This document shows positions 8,109 to 17,964 of a stretch of 64,000 nt of DNA, in pieces. The notes under the pieces were generated by a model. That model worked only from the letters and a program-made list of their open reading frames with translations, was not told where the DNA came from and searched no databases. A program made the position numbers and the translations under genes. The stretch spans positions 5,244 to 69,243 of the forward strand of contig JBLYYR010000081.1 of the NCBI GenBank assembly GCA_048550195.1, read 5' to 3'. Origin of the DNA: Arenicellales bacterium. Its GTDB lineage: Bacteria; Pseudomonadota; Gammaproteobacteria; BMS3Bbin11. The first letter of the stretch is position 1. Each line of letters starts with the position of its first letter.

Positions 8109-9563
8109 TCAGGGCCGTCGTGGCTTGACATAAGGAAACACGCCAAGATATTCACGTGCCCACCAGTTTCCTGTTTGAGTACGCTGTTCCGGTGTGGTGA
8201 AGCGGTATTGATATGCCAGCACCCGAATATACCGCGGCGGTTTGTCCGGGAACGGGTTATGAGCCAGCAGCGCCAGTACCTGTGGAGAACCTTCATGCAG
8301 TCGTCTTAATAACTGCCGAAACCAGTAATCATCCATCCTGGTTTGCGGCGGGATAAACCACATCATCCAGTCCAGCCTGGGTTGGTGGGGCACGTTAAAA
8401 CGGGGAGCTTTAGCCACTGGTCCGGGTTTATATTTGAATACATAACTTTGCCAGTTACTGCCATCATAAGAGCCCTGAATTTCCAGTTCCTGCCTGTCTG
8501 TTTGCATGGTAGGAAATATATGAAAAATATGGCCTATGCCATATCGGTGGGTGAGAGTAATAGATTGGGCAAGAAAACCAGGAACCGGGTTTCCTGTCGT
8601 GCGCCAGTAGTATGTGATGAGACTGCCTGCAAGTATCAATACGGCTGCCAGGCTAAGTAGTGATTTAGATAAAATACCGGGTGATTTATCCTGATTGAGT
8701 ATCTGTTGTCGAAGGTTTTTCGGCAACACACGAGACACAATCCGGTCATCCAGCAGGAACAGGCATAACAGAATGATGAGCAGATTGACAAAATTATGAT
8801 TGCTGGTTGCGATGATGAGCAACTGCATAAAAATGGTTATGCCCGCTGCGAAAAGTCTGTATCGACGTGGTAGAAATATAAAAAACGGGATGATCAGTTC
8901 CGTGGCAAAGGTCAGCAAAACGCCTGCTTTTAGAATAATCTCCGGCAACTGGTGCATATACCAGCTGCCTATATGTGGTAAAGGTTGTGTCTCAAAGTAG
9001 GTATTCAGTGCAGTCAGGCCTGACCAGGCAGGGTCGCCGCTTTCCAGTTTGAAAAAACCCGACATGAAACGAAAACGGAACAGCAGCCAGTGATAAAGAA
9101 AGATGATAAGACCCGTTGGACTTCGTCCCAGGAAGATGGCCAGGAACCCGGTTTCAAGTAGCAAAGTATCCCATTGAAAGCCAAGAAATATGCCGCTGGC
9201 ATGGAACAACGAGAGATACAGAACAAACATGCCGGCCAGCGAAAAGATCTTAAAGCGCCCGATAAATAAAAGAACTGCGAGAAGCACACCTGCATAGGCT
9301 GCGCCGGTCAGTGCCGTATCTGAGGCATTCAGCCAGAATACATTAGGCATTAGCCACCATGCAACAGGCCCTGTATCCCTGTATGTATTGGTGAGAAGCT
9401 CGTGGAAGGGCAGCAGTCCATTCGGGCCGGAGAGGCCACTGATTTGAACAGCGAGAGACAGAAATGCGGCAAAGTAGATCAACGCCAGAAGTTTTAGAAA
9501 CAGCCAGCTGGTAAGGCGATATTCATCCGAAGTTCTGAAAAGATAGCTAATTCTGTTTGTCAT
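8109..9563 (-). CDS. polytopic membrane protein, lipase maturation factor (LMF1)-like family
   Basis: About 10 predicted TM helices. The motif QWDTLLLETGFLAIF matches the conserved WDxLLLExGFL of LMF-family proteins, recalled from memory. Confidence 0.45.
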   Translation of the reverse strand: MTNRISYLFRTSDEYRLTSWLFLKLLALIYFAAFLSLAVQISGLSGPNGLLPFHELLTNTYRDTGPVAWWLMPNVFWLNASDTALTGAAYAGVLLAVLLFIGRFKIFSLAGMFVLYLSLFHASGIFLGFQWDTLLLETGFLAIFLGRSPTGLIIFLYHWLLFRFRFMSGFFKLESGDPAWSGLTALNTYFETQPLPHIGSWYMHQLPEIILKAGVLLTFATELIIPFFIFLPRRYRLFAAGITIFMQLLIIATSNHNFVNLLIILLCLFLLDDRIVSRVLPKNLRQQILNQDKSPGILSKSLLSLAAVLILAGSLITYYWRTTGNPVPGFLAQSITLTHRYGIGHIFHIFPTMQTDRQELEIQGSYDGSNWQSYVFKYKPGPVAKAPRFNVPHQPRLDWMMWFIPPQTRMDDYWFRQLLRRLHEGSPQVLALLAHNPFPDKPPRYIRVLAYQYRFTTPEQRTQTGNWWAREYLGVFPYVKPRRP

Positions 9564-9618
9564 CTTCCTGTCCAGTGTGTGAATGCTTTACGGCAACCTT
9601 TATAAATGCATGAATTGA

Positions 9619-10845
9619 TCAGAGGTCCCTTAATAGAGGCTCTCCTGGGCTTCTAAGTTTAAACCTGTTTCCTGCTAACCAGAAAAACAGTGCCAGAAAA
9701 ATACAAATCAATTGAGCCAGGGCGTAATACAAAGGGCTGGCGGAAACTAGTGGTACCAGCAGGGTTGCAGCCAGTGCAGAAAATAGTACTTGAATGAAGC
9801 TTTGGACCGCAGAAGCCGCGCCGCGATTATGTGGAAAACAATCCAGTGATAAGATGGTAATAGCCGGTATGCTTAATGCTGCACCGAATGAATAGAGTAC
9901 CAGAGGCAGTATAAATATAATTACTGTAATGTCTCCAGACATCATAAGCAGAACATTCAATATGGATGCAATCATCATGATGGCCAGTGCAAGCATTGCA
10001 ATGTGTTTCGCCCGCAATCTGTGTGATAACTTCGCAGACAGGAATGAGCCGGCAATAATTCCCGCGGTCATAGGGACAAATTGGACTGCAAAGTAGCTGC
10101 TGTCCAGCCCCAGAAAATCAAAGATAATTGTCGGTGACCCGGCTATATAAAGAAACAGACCGGTAAAGCCTGTTCCAAGTGTTAAAACAAAAAAAAGAAA
10201 GCGGCCATTTTTCATTGTACGGCAATATATTTTTGCTACATGCAGAGGGTGGAAAGATTCGCGCTGATTTATCTCTAAAGTTTCTGGTAGCAAATATGTG
10301 GCCATGAAAATGATAGTCAAACCATAGAGTGCCAGAAAATAAAATACGCTTCGCCAACCAAATGCCTGATGTAGCCAGCTGCCTACAATTGGAGCTATGG
10401 CCGGTGCCAGCGCAAATAACATCATTACGTAGGCTATTGCGCGATGTGCCTCATGCTCATTATGGGCGTCGCGTATCATTGCACGGCCAGCAACCATTCC
10501 ACCACTGGCGCTGATACCCTGTAATATTCGAAAAAGAAGAAAACTGTCAAAATCCTGGCTCACTGCACACCCAAGTGAAGCGATCATATAGAGCAATAAC
10601 GTGCTAAGGATTACAATCTTGCGGCCCGTACGGTCAGACAATGGTCCCCAGAATAGAGTGGATATTGCTGAAGCAACTAAATAAAAACCAATGCTTTGCA
10701 GTAGCATGTCTCTATCGATGGAGAATTCTGATTCAAGAGCCGGGAAGGAGGGTAAGTAAGTATCTATGCTGAACGGACCAACCATTGATATCAACGATAT
10801 GGTTATAATGAGCCATGTATTTGGGATGACGTTGGGTCGATTCAT
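9619..10845 (-). CDS. MFS transporter, Bcr/CflA drug-efflux subfamily
   Basis: 12-TM MFS architecture with signature loops (..GPLSDRTGRK.., ..FRILQGISASG..). Confidence 0.8.
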   Translation of the reverse strand: MNRPNVIPNTWLIITISLISMVGPFSIDTYLPSFPALESEFSIDRDMLLQSIGFYLVASAISTLFWGPLSDRTGRKIVILSTLLLYMIASLGCAVSQDFDSFLLFRILQGISASGGMVAGRAMIRDAHNEHEAHRAIAYVMMLFALAPAIAPIVGSWLHQAFGWRSVFYFLALYGLTIIFMATYLLPETLEINQRESFHPLHVAKIYCRTMKNGRFLFFVLTLGTGFTGLFLYIAGSPTIIFDFLGLDSSYFAVQFVPMTAGIIAGSFLSAKLSHRLRAKHIAMLALAIMMIASILNVLLMMSGDITVIIFILPLVLYSFGAALSIPAITILSLDCFPHNRGAASAVQSFIQVLFSALAATLLVPLVSASPLYYALAQLICIFLALFFWLAGNRFKLRSPGEPLLRDL

Positions 10846-10960
10846 TGTGAAAGTTGATTTTTCGGGTGTTATTCTGCTGAGTAGTTATTTATTCTTACTC
10901 TAGCATGGTTGGAAAATATGAATCTTCAAAAGTCACGTTTGAGTCTGGTGAGCGCATAAA

Positions 10961-11170
10961 ATGGTTCAGGAAAACAAACTGCCTTTTTATATCCCTGGCT
11001 GGGTTAGCTGGATAGCCCAGGATGAAAGCGGGGTGTGGTGGGGTTATTCGGTTGAGCCATTACGAAATGAACGGGGCTGGTATGAAAATGAGGTTGGTAA
11101 ATATTTACGTTTAGGTAAGACCGAAGCAACTAACTGGACTGAATCACTTAGTAGAATGAGCAATGATTAA
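10961..11170 (+). CDS. small Trp-rich hypothetical protein (69 aa)
   Basis: ORF only; no recognised family. Confidence 0.3.
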   Translation: MVQENKLPFYIPGWVSWIAQDESGVWWGYSVEPLRNERGWYENEVGKYLRLGKTEATNWTESLSRMSND

Positions 11171-11291
11171 TTGAGATGCCCTGACGAACATAGGGTGATG
11201 AGTGCAGGTAGTATGGTTAGAATTAGCGGTCAATGAATTTATGGCGCCTCTATTAGATGAGCCCTTTACAAAAACAGGCAGGTTTTGAGCT

Positions 11292-11666
11292 ATGAGTAAT
11301 GTTATGGGAGTACTGTTAGACGGAGTCGCACAACTGGAATATGACAGGGAGAAGCTGCTGCCTGATCATCAGGCAGCCTATCTGGACAAGATGGATGAGA
11401 AAATGGCCGAAGGAGTTACTATCGGGGATGAAGAAGTCAGGAACCCTGATATCAATCAGCGAGCACAGTTTGTCGTTGGGAACCTTGTCCATGCATTAAA
11501 AACAGACAACGAACAGGTAGCTGGCGCCATGTGCAGTTATCTTGCACTCCGAATGCCAGATTTAAAGCAGATAAAGATTACTGACAATGATGGGGAAGTT
11601 TCCATCGAATTTGACTATGAGAATGATTATTCCAACCAGGTAGCAGTGGAGTTTAAACTACACTAG
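11292..11666 (+). CDS. conserved hypothetical acidic protein (124 aa)
   Basis: ORF with ATG start and TAG stop in an intergenic-sized gap. Globular-looking composition; family not recognised with confidence. Confidence 0.45.
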   Translation: MSNVMGVLLDGVAQLEYDREKLLPDHQAAYLDKMDEKMAEGVTIGDEEVRNPDINQRAQFVVGNLVHALKTDNEQVAGAMCSYLALRMPDLKQIKITDNDGEVSIEFDYENDYSNQVAVEFKLH

Positions 11667-11679
11667 GTTTGCGCTGGTA

Positions 11680-12324
11680 ATGTTGCCCATATTCTATTCT
11701 TTTCGTCGCTGCCCCTATGCTATGCGTGCACGCATGGCACTGCAGTATAGCGGCGTAAAAGTTGAACTGCGTGAAGTACTGTTAAGGGACAAGCCCGAAA
11801 GCCTGCTTGCTATTGACAAAGATGCCACCGTGCCGCTACTGAAATTGCCGTCCGGTGAGGTGATTGATGAAAGCTGGCAAATAATGTTATGGGCTATCAG
11901 ACAAAATGACCAGAATTACTGGCTGGGGGAAAACGAAACCCTGCTGCCTGATGTTGAGATGCTGCTTGAAATGAATGATTATTCATTCAAGACGGATCTT
12001 GATCACTACAAGTATGCGGATCGTTACCCGGAGTATCCTGCTGAATATTACCGCTCTCAGGGTGAAGAGTTTTTACAGGATATTGAACAGGCATTATGTG
12101 AATCAAGGTATTTGCTGGGACAGGAGCTGTCTGTAGCCGACATTGCTATCTTTCCGTTCATTCGGCAATTCGTTTTTGTTGATAAGACCTGGTTTGAGAA
12201 TGCGCCCTATCCACAACTCCGGCTCTGGTTGCAGGAGATGCTGGATTCAAACCTGTTTAAATCTATCATGATGAAGTTGCCAGCATGGCAGCGGGGAGAT
12301 CAGCCTGTTAAGTTTCCTGCATGA
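11680..12324 (+). CDS. glutaredoxin 2-like / GST-fold protein with monothiol CPYA motif
   Basis: N-terminal ..IFYSFRRCPYAMRARMAL.. parallels E. coli Grx2 (..IYDHCPYCLKARMIF..). Length 214 aa is close to the 215 of GrxB. The second Cys is replaced by Ala. Confidence 0.65.
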   Translation: MLPIFYSFRRCPYAMRARMALQYSGVKVELREVLLRDKPESLLAIDKDATVPLLKLPSGEVIDESWQIMLWAIRQNDQNYWLGENETLLPDVEMLLEMNDYSFKTDLDHYKYADRYPEYPAEYYRSQGEEFLQDIEQALCESRYLLGQELSVADIAIFPFIRQFVFVDKTWFENAPYPQLRLWLQEMLDSNLFKSIMMKLPAWQRGDQPVKFPA

Positions 12325-12431
12325 ACAGCAATCTGTCTGAGGTTTCCTGGATTAATTTTTTTCGGTGAGGATCAGATGTATCAGCAGTTAACTATCTTAT
12401 AGCCGATAGTGGCGACCCGGGGGAATATTAC

Positions 12432-12719
12432 TCATTCACCTGGTGTTGTAGTAGCGTCACGGACAGGCTTTAAGTCTGGTGTCCAGGTTTCAAACCTGCG
12501 TTGCACCCTGAATTCAGAGAGCAACATGCCGCAAACCTTACATCGTGCATTCATGTTCTGAGCAGCCACATCATTTTTACTGAAATAGTGTCGATGCTCA
12601 CCACGAATGGCGTGGTTGATTCTCGATTTGAAAATCTTGTTTTTCTTCTGTATGAGTTTACTTTTTTTCTCAAAGTACTCACTTACAGTAGTGGTTTCTT
12701 TGTTCCTGTTCCCAAACAT
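12432..12719 (-). CDS. hypothetical basic protein (95 aa)
   Basis: ORF in a 570-bp otherwise non-coding gap; K-rich, no recognised domain. Confidence 0.3.
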   Translation of the reverse strand: MFGNRNKETTTVSEYFEKKSKLIQKKNKIFKSRINHAIRGEHRHYFSKNDVAAQNMNARCKVCGMLLSEFRVQRRFETWTPDLKPVRDATTTPGE

Positions 12720-12897
12720 TTTCTTCTCACCATAATATACTTTCAGGTTATGAATTAAGTCTAGAGTGTTATTCTTAAATTACCATGAAGAGGAGGTGTA
12801 GTTCGTCGGCATTATTTGTCCTTTCATCTCAAAGCAGGGCCAAATTGAGCTAATTTACTGAAAAACTACAGTATAACCATTGTATATATAAGGGATT

Positions 12898-13341
12898 TTG
12901 ATGCTATTTAACCGCTTAAGCCTGCTACTTCCAGCCCTCATTTTAGTCGCCTGTGGCCAGGGTGAGTCGGAGATTTTCAATGCTGAAGCCGCGGTACAAA
13001 AATGGAACAGGCCCGAAAAAATTTGGACAGAAGCAAAATTAAAAACTCTGGACGAGGGTGAAAAACGCTATCGTGAGAACTGCAGTGCCTGTCATCCACG
13101 GGATGGGAAAGGCAATCATCAGATCGGAGCCCCGGCGCTGCACGGCAGTCCTCTGGCCCTGGGACAGAAATCTGATTTTATTTAGCAGGATTTACTGGGC
13201 AAAAAAGGGTCATCCATGTCCGCTTTTTCTGCGTCATTGTCTGATGAGGAGCTTGCGGTAATCGCCAGTTATGTCCGCAATGCCCGGGGTAATCAGGCTG
13301 CAGATATTGTCGTAGCGAAGGACGTAAAAATATTACGTTAA
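12898..13341 (+). pseudogene. class I c-type cytochrome lipoprotein (CSACH heme site) interrupted by an in-frame TAG at 13183..13185
   Basis: Lipobox LVAC and heme motif CSACH. The ORF stops ..KSDFI-TAG, then the same frame continues QDLLGKKGSSMSAFSASLSDEELAVIASYVRNARGNQ.. to TAA at 13339-13341. That continuation has the Met axial ligand and the LSDxE..YV tail typical of c551/c552-type cytochromes. Confidence 0.65.
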
Positions 13342-13361
13342 TGCAGCAGGACGTTGAATTA

Positions 13362-14321
13362 TCAGTCGAGAAATTTCCCACTGCGTAGACGCTGAGCTTC
13401 CATGTATTCCAGCTCCCTTGAGCCCGAAATGACAATTTCAGAATCCGGTACAAAATCCAGTTCGCCATCGAGGCGTTCATAGGGCACAGAATTCAGAATC
13501 ACTTTCATGGCATTGATCCTGGCCAGATGTTTATCATTTGAGCGTATAATTTTCCACGGAGAATGAGTTGTATGGGTCTTTTTCAACATTTCATATTTCA
13601 CATTAGTGAAATCATCCCAGCGTTCCTGAGCCTGTACATCGACCTCGCTGAGTTTCCATTGCCTTAGAGTGTCATGCTGGCGGCGTTTAAAGCGACGCTC
13701 CTGTTCTTCCTTGGTAACGCTGAAATATAGCTTTATCACTATGGTTCCCTGCCGTACCAGGTCTTTTTCAAAGCCCCCGACACCACGCATGAAATTTTTG
13801 TATTCCTTTTCACTGCAGAAGCCGAAGACGGGTTCAACCATGGCACGGTTATACCAGCTCCTGTCAAACAGAACGACTTCGCCACCACGAGGGAATTGAC
13901 GAACGTATTTCTGGAAGAACCATTGTGTTTTTTCATGCTCGGTGGGTTTACCCAGAGCGACTACACGGTAGTGTTTTTCATTCATGTAGCGTGTGACACG
14001 TCGGATGGTGCCACCCTTACCAGACGCATCACGTCCCTCAAACAGGATAATCATGCGCTTGCCAGTTTGCTCAAGATGCTGCTGCATTTTGATCAGTTCA
14101 GCCTGATAGGGTTTGAGTTCTTCTTCACGAAGATAGCGACGCAAGGCCTTTTTCTTTAGTTTTTTAAAAGCGGCAGCCTGTGGTTCTGGAATACTTCCTT
14201 CTGCCAATGGTGAGTAAGGTAATTCAGAAACGTCACTTTCTGTTGTCGTTTCCTCGTCCTTAGCTGTTGTCTCGTCAATCATCGTATTTTCCTGTGTCGT
14301 TCGTTTACTGCAGAGCCTCAA
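13362..14321 (-). CDS. ppk2: polyphosphate kinase 2 (PPK2) family protein
   Basis: FEGRDASGKGG Walker-A-like P-loop, ..REKTQWFFQKY.., ..DRSWYNRA.. An acidic N-terminal extension means the real start is probably the internal MIDETT. Confidence 0.85.
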   Translation of the reverse strand: MRLCSKRTTQENTMIDETTAKDEETTTESDVSELPYSPLAEGSIPEPQAAAFKKLKKKALRRYLREEELKPYQAELIKMQQHLEQTGKRMIILFEGRDASGKGGTIRRVTRYMNEKHYRVVALGKPTEHEKTQWFFQKYVRQFPRGGEVVLFDRSWYNRAMVEPVFGFCSEKEYKNFMRGVGGFEKDLVRQGTIVIKLYFSVTKEEQERRFKRRQHDTLRQWKLSEVDVQAQERWDDFTNVKYEMLKKTHTTHSPWKIIRSNDKHLARINAMKVILNSVPYERLDGELDFVPDSEIVISGSRELEYMEAQRLRSGKFLD

Positions 14322-14414
14322 TCGTATTCTCGAAGAAACTCACTACCTATCTATTAATTATACGATAGTACGTTTGTCTATACCTTGATTTAGATCAGGA
14401 TTTAAGAGCTAATC

Positions 14415-15218
14415 CTACTCATCTTTTGGGTAAATTTCAGGTATAAATGTCTGATCAGATATGGGTGGGCGAACATAGCCAACTGTCTCTTTTCGCATAG
14501 GGAGCACAATTTCTTCAGGAGTCAGGTCTTCAAACGGAATAAGGCTGATAAGGTGGGAGATGCAGTTTAAACGGGCATGTTTTTTTATGTCTGAGTTAAC
14601 AACATACCAGGGAGCCTGTTTGATGTCGGTGTGCGCAAACATCTGATCTTTAGCCTTAGAATACTCTTCCCAGCGAGTAAGGGACTCGAGGTCCATAGGG
14701 CTTAGCTTCCAGCGCTTATGAGGCTCTTTGAGGCGTGCTTTAAAGCGCTTTTCCTGTACATCGTCTGAAACAGAGAACCAGTATTTGATGAGAATGGTGC
14801 CAGAGCGAACTAGCATGCGCTCAAATTCCGGGCAGGAACGCAAGAACTCCTGATGTTCCTCATCAGTACAAAAGCCCATTACTTTTTCGACACCCGCACG
14901 GTTATACCAACTGCGATCTAGCAGGACAATTTCACCCTCCGCAGGCAGATGCGATGCATAACGCTGGAAATACCATTGTGTCTTTTCTCTTTCTGTCGGA
15001 GCGGGCAGGGCCACTACGCGGGCTATACGAGGATTCAGGTGCTGAGTTATACGTTTGATAACGCCTCCTTTTCCTGCCGCGTCTCGTCCCTCGAATATCA
15101 CGACAACTTTAAGGCCCGCGTGTTGGACCCACGCCTGCAATTTCACCAGTTCCAGCTGCAGGTCAAATAAGGCCTTCTCGTAGGCACGTTTGCCGATAAC
15201 TTTTGTTTTTTCAGACAT
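14415..15218 (-). CDS. ppk2: polyphosphate kinase 2 (PPK2) family protein, tandem paralog
   Basis: FEGRDAAGKGG, ..REKTQWYFQRY.., ..DRSWYNRA.. 267 aa single-domain. Confidence 0.85.
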   Translation of the reverse strand: MSEKTKVIGKRAYEKALFDLQLELVKLQAWVQHAGLKVVVIFEGRDAAGKGGVIKRITQHLNPRIARVVALPAPTEREKTQWYFQRYASHLPAEGEIVLLDRSWYNRAGVEKVMGFCTDEEHQEFLRSCPEFERMLVRSGTILIKYWFSVSDDVQEKRFKARLKEPHKRWKLSPMDLESLTRWEEYSKAKDQMFAHTDIKQAPWYVVNSDIKKHARLNCISHLISLIPFEDLTPEEIVLPMRKETVGYVRPPISDQTFIPEIYPKDE

Positions 15219-15308
15219 TGGAGCTTCCTTCCAGCTAAATTTTGCAATGATAATCCTTTATAATAACGCACAATTGTTATGGGGGCACCTGTTAACCCGT
15301 GGTAAGTA

Positions 15309-15944
15309 ATGAAAACTGAACTGTTTTATATACATGATCCCATGTGCAGCTGGTGCTGGGGGTTCGCAGGCGTGGCAAAGCAGTTGTTTAATTCTCTTCC
15401 TGAGGCTGTGACGATCCGCCGCCTGCTCGGTGGGTTGGCGGCAGATGATGAGCGGCCTATGTCAGCTGATATGCAGCAGCATATTCAGCAGAACTGGCGA
15501 CGTATTGAAGACAAAATCCCCGCGGTAAAATTTAATTTTGATTTTTGGTGTCTGTGTCAACCCAGGCGTTCGACCCATCCAGCATGCCGAGCCGTTATCG
15601 CGGCACGCCTGCAGGGAGATGAATATGACGAAGCCATGACGACACGAATTCAACTGGCGTATTATGAAGAAGCAAAAAACCCGTCGGATATCAATATATT
15701 AGTTGAACTGGCAAGCGATCTCGGTCTTGATCAGAATCGTTTTAGACACGACCTGTCAGCAACAGGTACACAGCAGACCCTGTTGGAAGAGATTCAATTA
15801 TCAAGAGAACTGCATGCTGACAGCTTCCCGAGTCTGGTATTTAAGGCGGGTGATTCAGTCTGGCCGGTGGCTATCGACTACCTGGATGCCTCTCCCATGC
15901 TGGAGTTGGTAGAGATGTTTCTACAGATGGAAGAGTCAAAATGA
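15309..15944 (+). CDS. DsbA-like thioredoxin-domain protein (CSWC active site)
   Basis: FYIHDPMCSWCWGF CxxC at the N-terminus; DsbA-like fold length. Confidence 0.7.
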   Translation: MKTELFYIHDPMCSWCWGFAGVAKQLFNSLPEAVTIRRLLGGLAADDERPMSADMQQHIQQNWRRIEDKIPAVKFNFDFWCLCQPRRSTHPACRAVIAARLQGDEYDEAMTTRIQLAYYEEAKNPSDINILVELASDLGLDQNRFRHDLSATGTQQTLLEEIQLSRELHADSFPSLVFKAGDSVWPVAIDYLDASPMLELVEMFLQMEESK

Positions 15945-16432
15945 CAGTAGAAAAAGAAGAACTAATAATAAGTAAATCGCAGGTGAAACGCGAAATGCAG
16001 GCCTTACGTGACCTTGGCAAGGAACTGGTTGATCTTCCTCTGGTATCACTTAAAAAGTTTGATTTCTCAGAGACTCTGCTGGATTCAATTATCCTGGCAC
16101 AGGGTTTAAAGCGTGAGGCGTTGCGCAGGCAATTGCAGCATATAGGCAAGCTGCTGCGTGAAGAAGATGATGCTGCAATACGCCAGTTGCTAAACCAGAT
16201 ATCACAGCCGCAACGGGACGAGGTAATGGCCTTTCATGAAATAGAACAGTGGCGTGATAAGTTGCTGGATGGCGATGATGAGGCCATTAATCAGGCTGTC
16301 GAGAGGTTTCAGGAAGCAGACCGCCAGCACCTCAGGCAGCTGGTACGAAATGCACGTAAAGAACGTCAGCAGGAAAGGCCACCAAAATCCGCTCGATTGT
16401 TGTTTCAATATATCAAAGAACTAAAAGAGTAA
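15941..16432 (+). CDS. yjgA: ribosome-associated protein YjgA/DarP (DUF615)
   Basis: The whole length resembles YjgA (..ISKSQVKREMQALRDLGKELV..). ATGA overlap with the preceding gene. Confidence 0.75.
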   Translation: MTVEKEELIISKSQVKREMQALRDLGKELVDLPLVSLKKFDFSETLLDSIILAQGLKREALRRQLQHIGKLLREEDDAAIRQLLNQISQPQRDEVMAFHEIEQWRDKLLDGDDEAINQAVERFQEADRQHLRQLVRNARKERQQERPPKSARLLFQYIKELKE

Positions 16433-16518
16433 AATTTTTCACCCATTCATTTTTTAGCTGTCACTTATTCTATGCAAGTTATATCATTGCGCGAGGATAA
16501 ATAATAAAGGATTTTTCT

Positions 16519-17964
16519 ATGTCTGAGATGACATTTTTCTGGCATGACTACGAAACCTGGGGGCTGAACCCTCGTGCTGATCGACCCTCTCAGTTTGCTG
16601 GTATCCGTACCAACGAAGAACTGGAAGTCATCGGTGAAGAGGTGATGAGTTATTGCCGTCCCAGTGGGGATTTTATACCGCATCCTGGCTCAGTAATGAT
16701 AACTGGTCTATTGCCGCAAGTGGCTAATGAAAAAGGAGTTCCTGAAGCCGAATTCTTTCAGCAGATACATAAGCACTTTTCGCAACCCGGCACCTGCGGT
16801 GCAGGCTATAATAGTCTACGTTTTGATGATGAAGTGACACGCTTTGGTTTCTATCGAAATTTTTATGATCCTTACGAGCGTGAATGGAAAAATGGCAACA
16901 GCCGCTGGGACATTATTGATCTGGTACGCATGACCTATGCCCTGCGACCGGAAGGCATCAACTGGCCAACGCGGGATGATGGTGTGCCCAGTTTTCGACT
17001 CGAGGACATGTCTGTGGCGAATGACATCCCTCATGTTGGCGCACATGATGCATTGTCTGATGTGCATGCAACAATCGGACTTGCCCGCTTGATTAAACAG
17101 AAGCAGCCGGACCTTTTTAACTATTATCTAAAACTGCGGCGCAAGAATGAAGTCCTGAAGATTATCAAAGACTTTAAAGATGCAACACCGATACTGCATG
17201 TGTCGGGTATGTATCCGATAGAGTCAGGACGCATTGCACCGGTAATGCCGCTACTCAGGAATAACCAGAATAAAAATGAAATAGTGGTGATAGATCTCAG
17301 GCAGGATCCAAAAAAGCTTTTGTCCATGTCATCAAAGGAAATTGGTCAGAATTTGTTTACCCGCAAAGAAGATATGCCGGAAGGTGTAGAACGGGTCGGC
17401 GTGAAGAGCCTGCATATCAACAAGTCTCCCGCTGTAGCGCCCATTGCCACCTTGCGGGGAGCTGAAGCCAGACGCTGGCAGATCGATCTCACGGCAATAA
17501 GAAGGCATCGCGATCAGTTATTAGCGGATAAGGGTTTTGCGAAGCGCATAAGAGAAGTGTATGAGGGACGTACACCAATGGAGACGGGGGATGTTGATTC
17601 TGCATTATACGGGGGGTTTCTCGGTGAAGCTGACCGCCGTCTAAGTAACAAAATACTGAATTCCAAAGCTGAAGACCTGATGGACTGGCAGCCGGATTTT
17701 GAGGATCAGAGGCTGCAGCAGCTTTTCCCCCGTTATCGCGCACGCAACTGGCCGCATCTGCTATCTGAAGATGACCAGAAATGGTGGAGAGACTTTTGCA
17801 GAGTCAGATTGCTGGAAGGTGATTTCGGCAGTACTCTGACCCTGGATGCCTTTAACCAGAGAATGCGTGAAATCTATGATGAAGAGACGGATGAAGATAA
17901 GCTGAAACTGATGCAGCAGCTGGAAGTTTGGGTGCAGGGACTGATAAATCAGATAAGTGATTAA
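16519..17964 (+). CDS. sbcB: exodeoxyribonuclease I
   Basis: FWHDYETWG(LNP)..DRP.QFAGIRT..; ..RFDDEVTR..FYRNFYDPY..; ..RPEGINWP..DG.PSFRLE.. match E. coli SbcB along its length. Confidence 0.9.
   Translation: MSEMTFFWHDYETWGLNPRADRPSQFAGIRTNEELEVIGEEVMSYCRPSGDFIPHPGSVMITGLLPQVANEKGVPEAEFFQQIHKHFSQPGTCGAGYNSLRFDDEVTRFGFYRNFYDPYEREWKNGNSRWDIIDLVRMTYALRPEGINWPTRDDGVPSFRLEDMSVANDIPHVGAHDALSDVHATIGLARLIKQKQPDLFNYYLKLRRKNEVLKIIKDFKDATPILHVSGMYPIESGRIAPVMPLLRNNQNKNEIVVIDLRQDPKKLLSMSSKEIGQNLFTRKEDMPEGVERVGVKSLHINKSPAVAPIATLRGAEARRWQIDLTAIRRHRDQLLADKGFAKRIREVYEGRTPMETGDVDSALYGGFLGEADRRLSNKILNSKAEDLMDWQPDFEDQRLQQLFPRYRARNWPHLLSEDDQKWWRDFCRVRLLEGDFGSTLTLDAFNQRMREIYDEETDEDKLKLMQQLEVWVQGLINQISD

Noticed and set aside
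12330-12500. GC-rich structured-looking stretch (..GGCGACCCGGGGGAATATTACTCATTCACCTGG..CCAGGTTTCAAACCTG..) examined as possible tRNA/tmRNA fragment or att site
   Set aside because: It cannot be folded into a cloverleaf. No match to the tRNA-Lys 3' end. Left unassigned.
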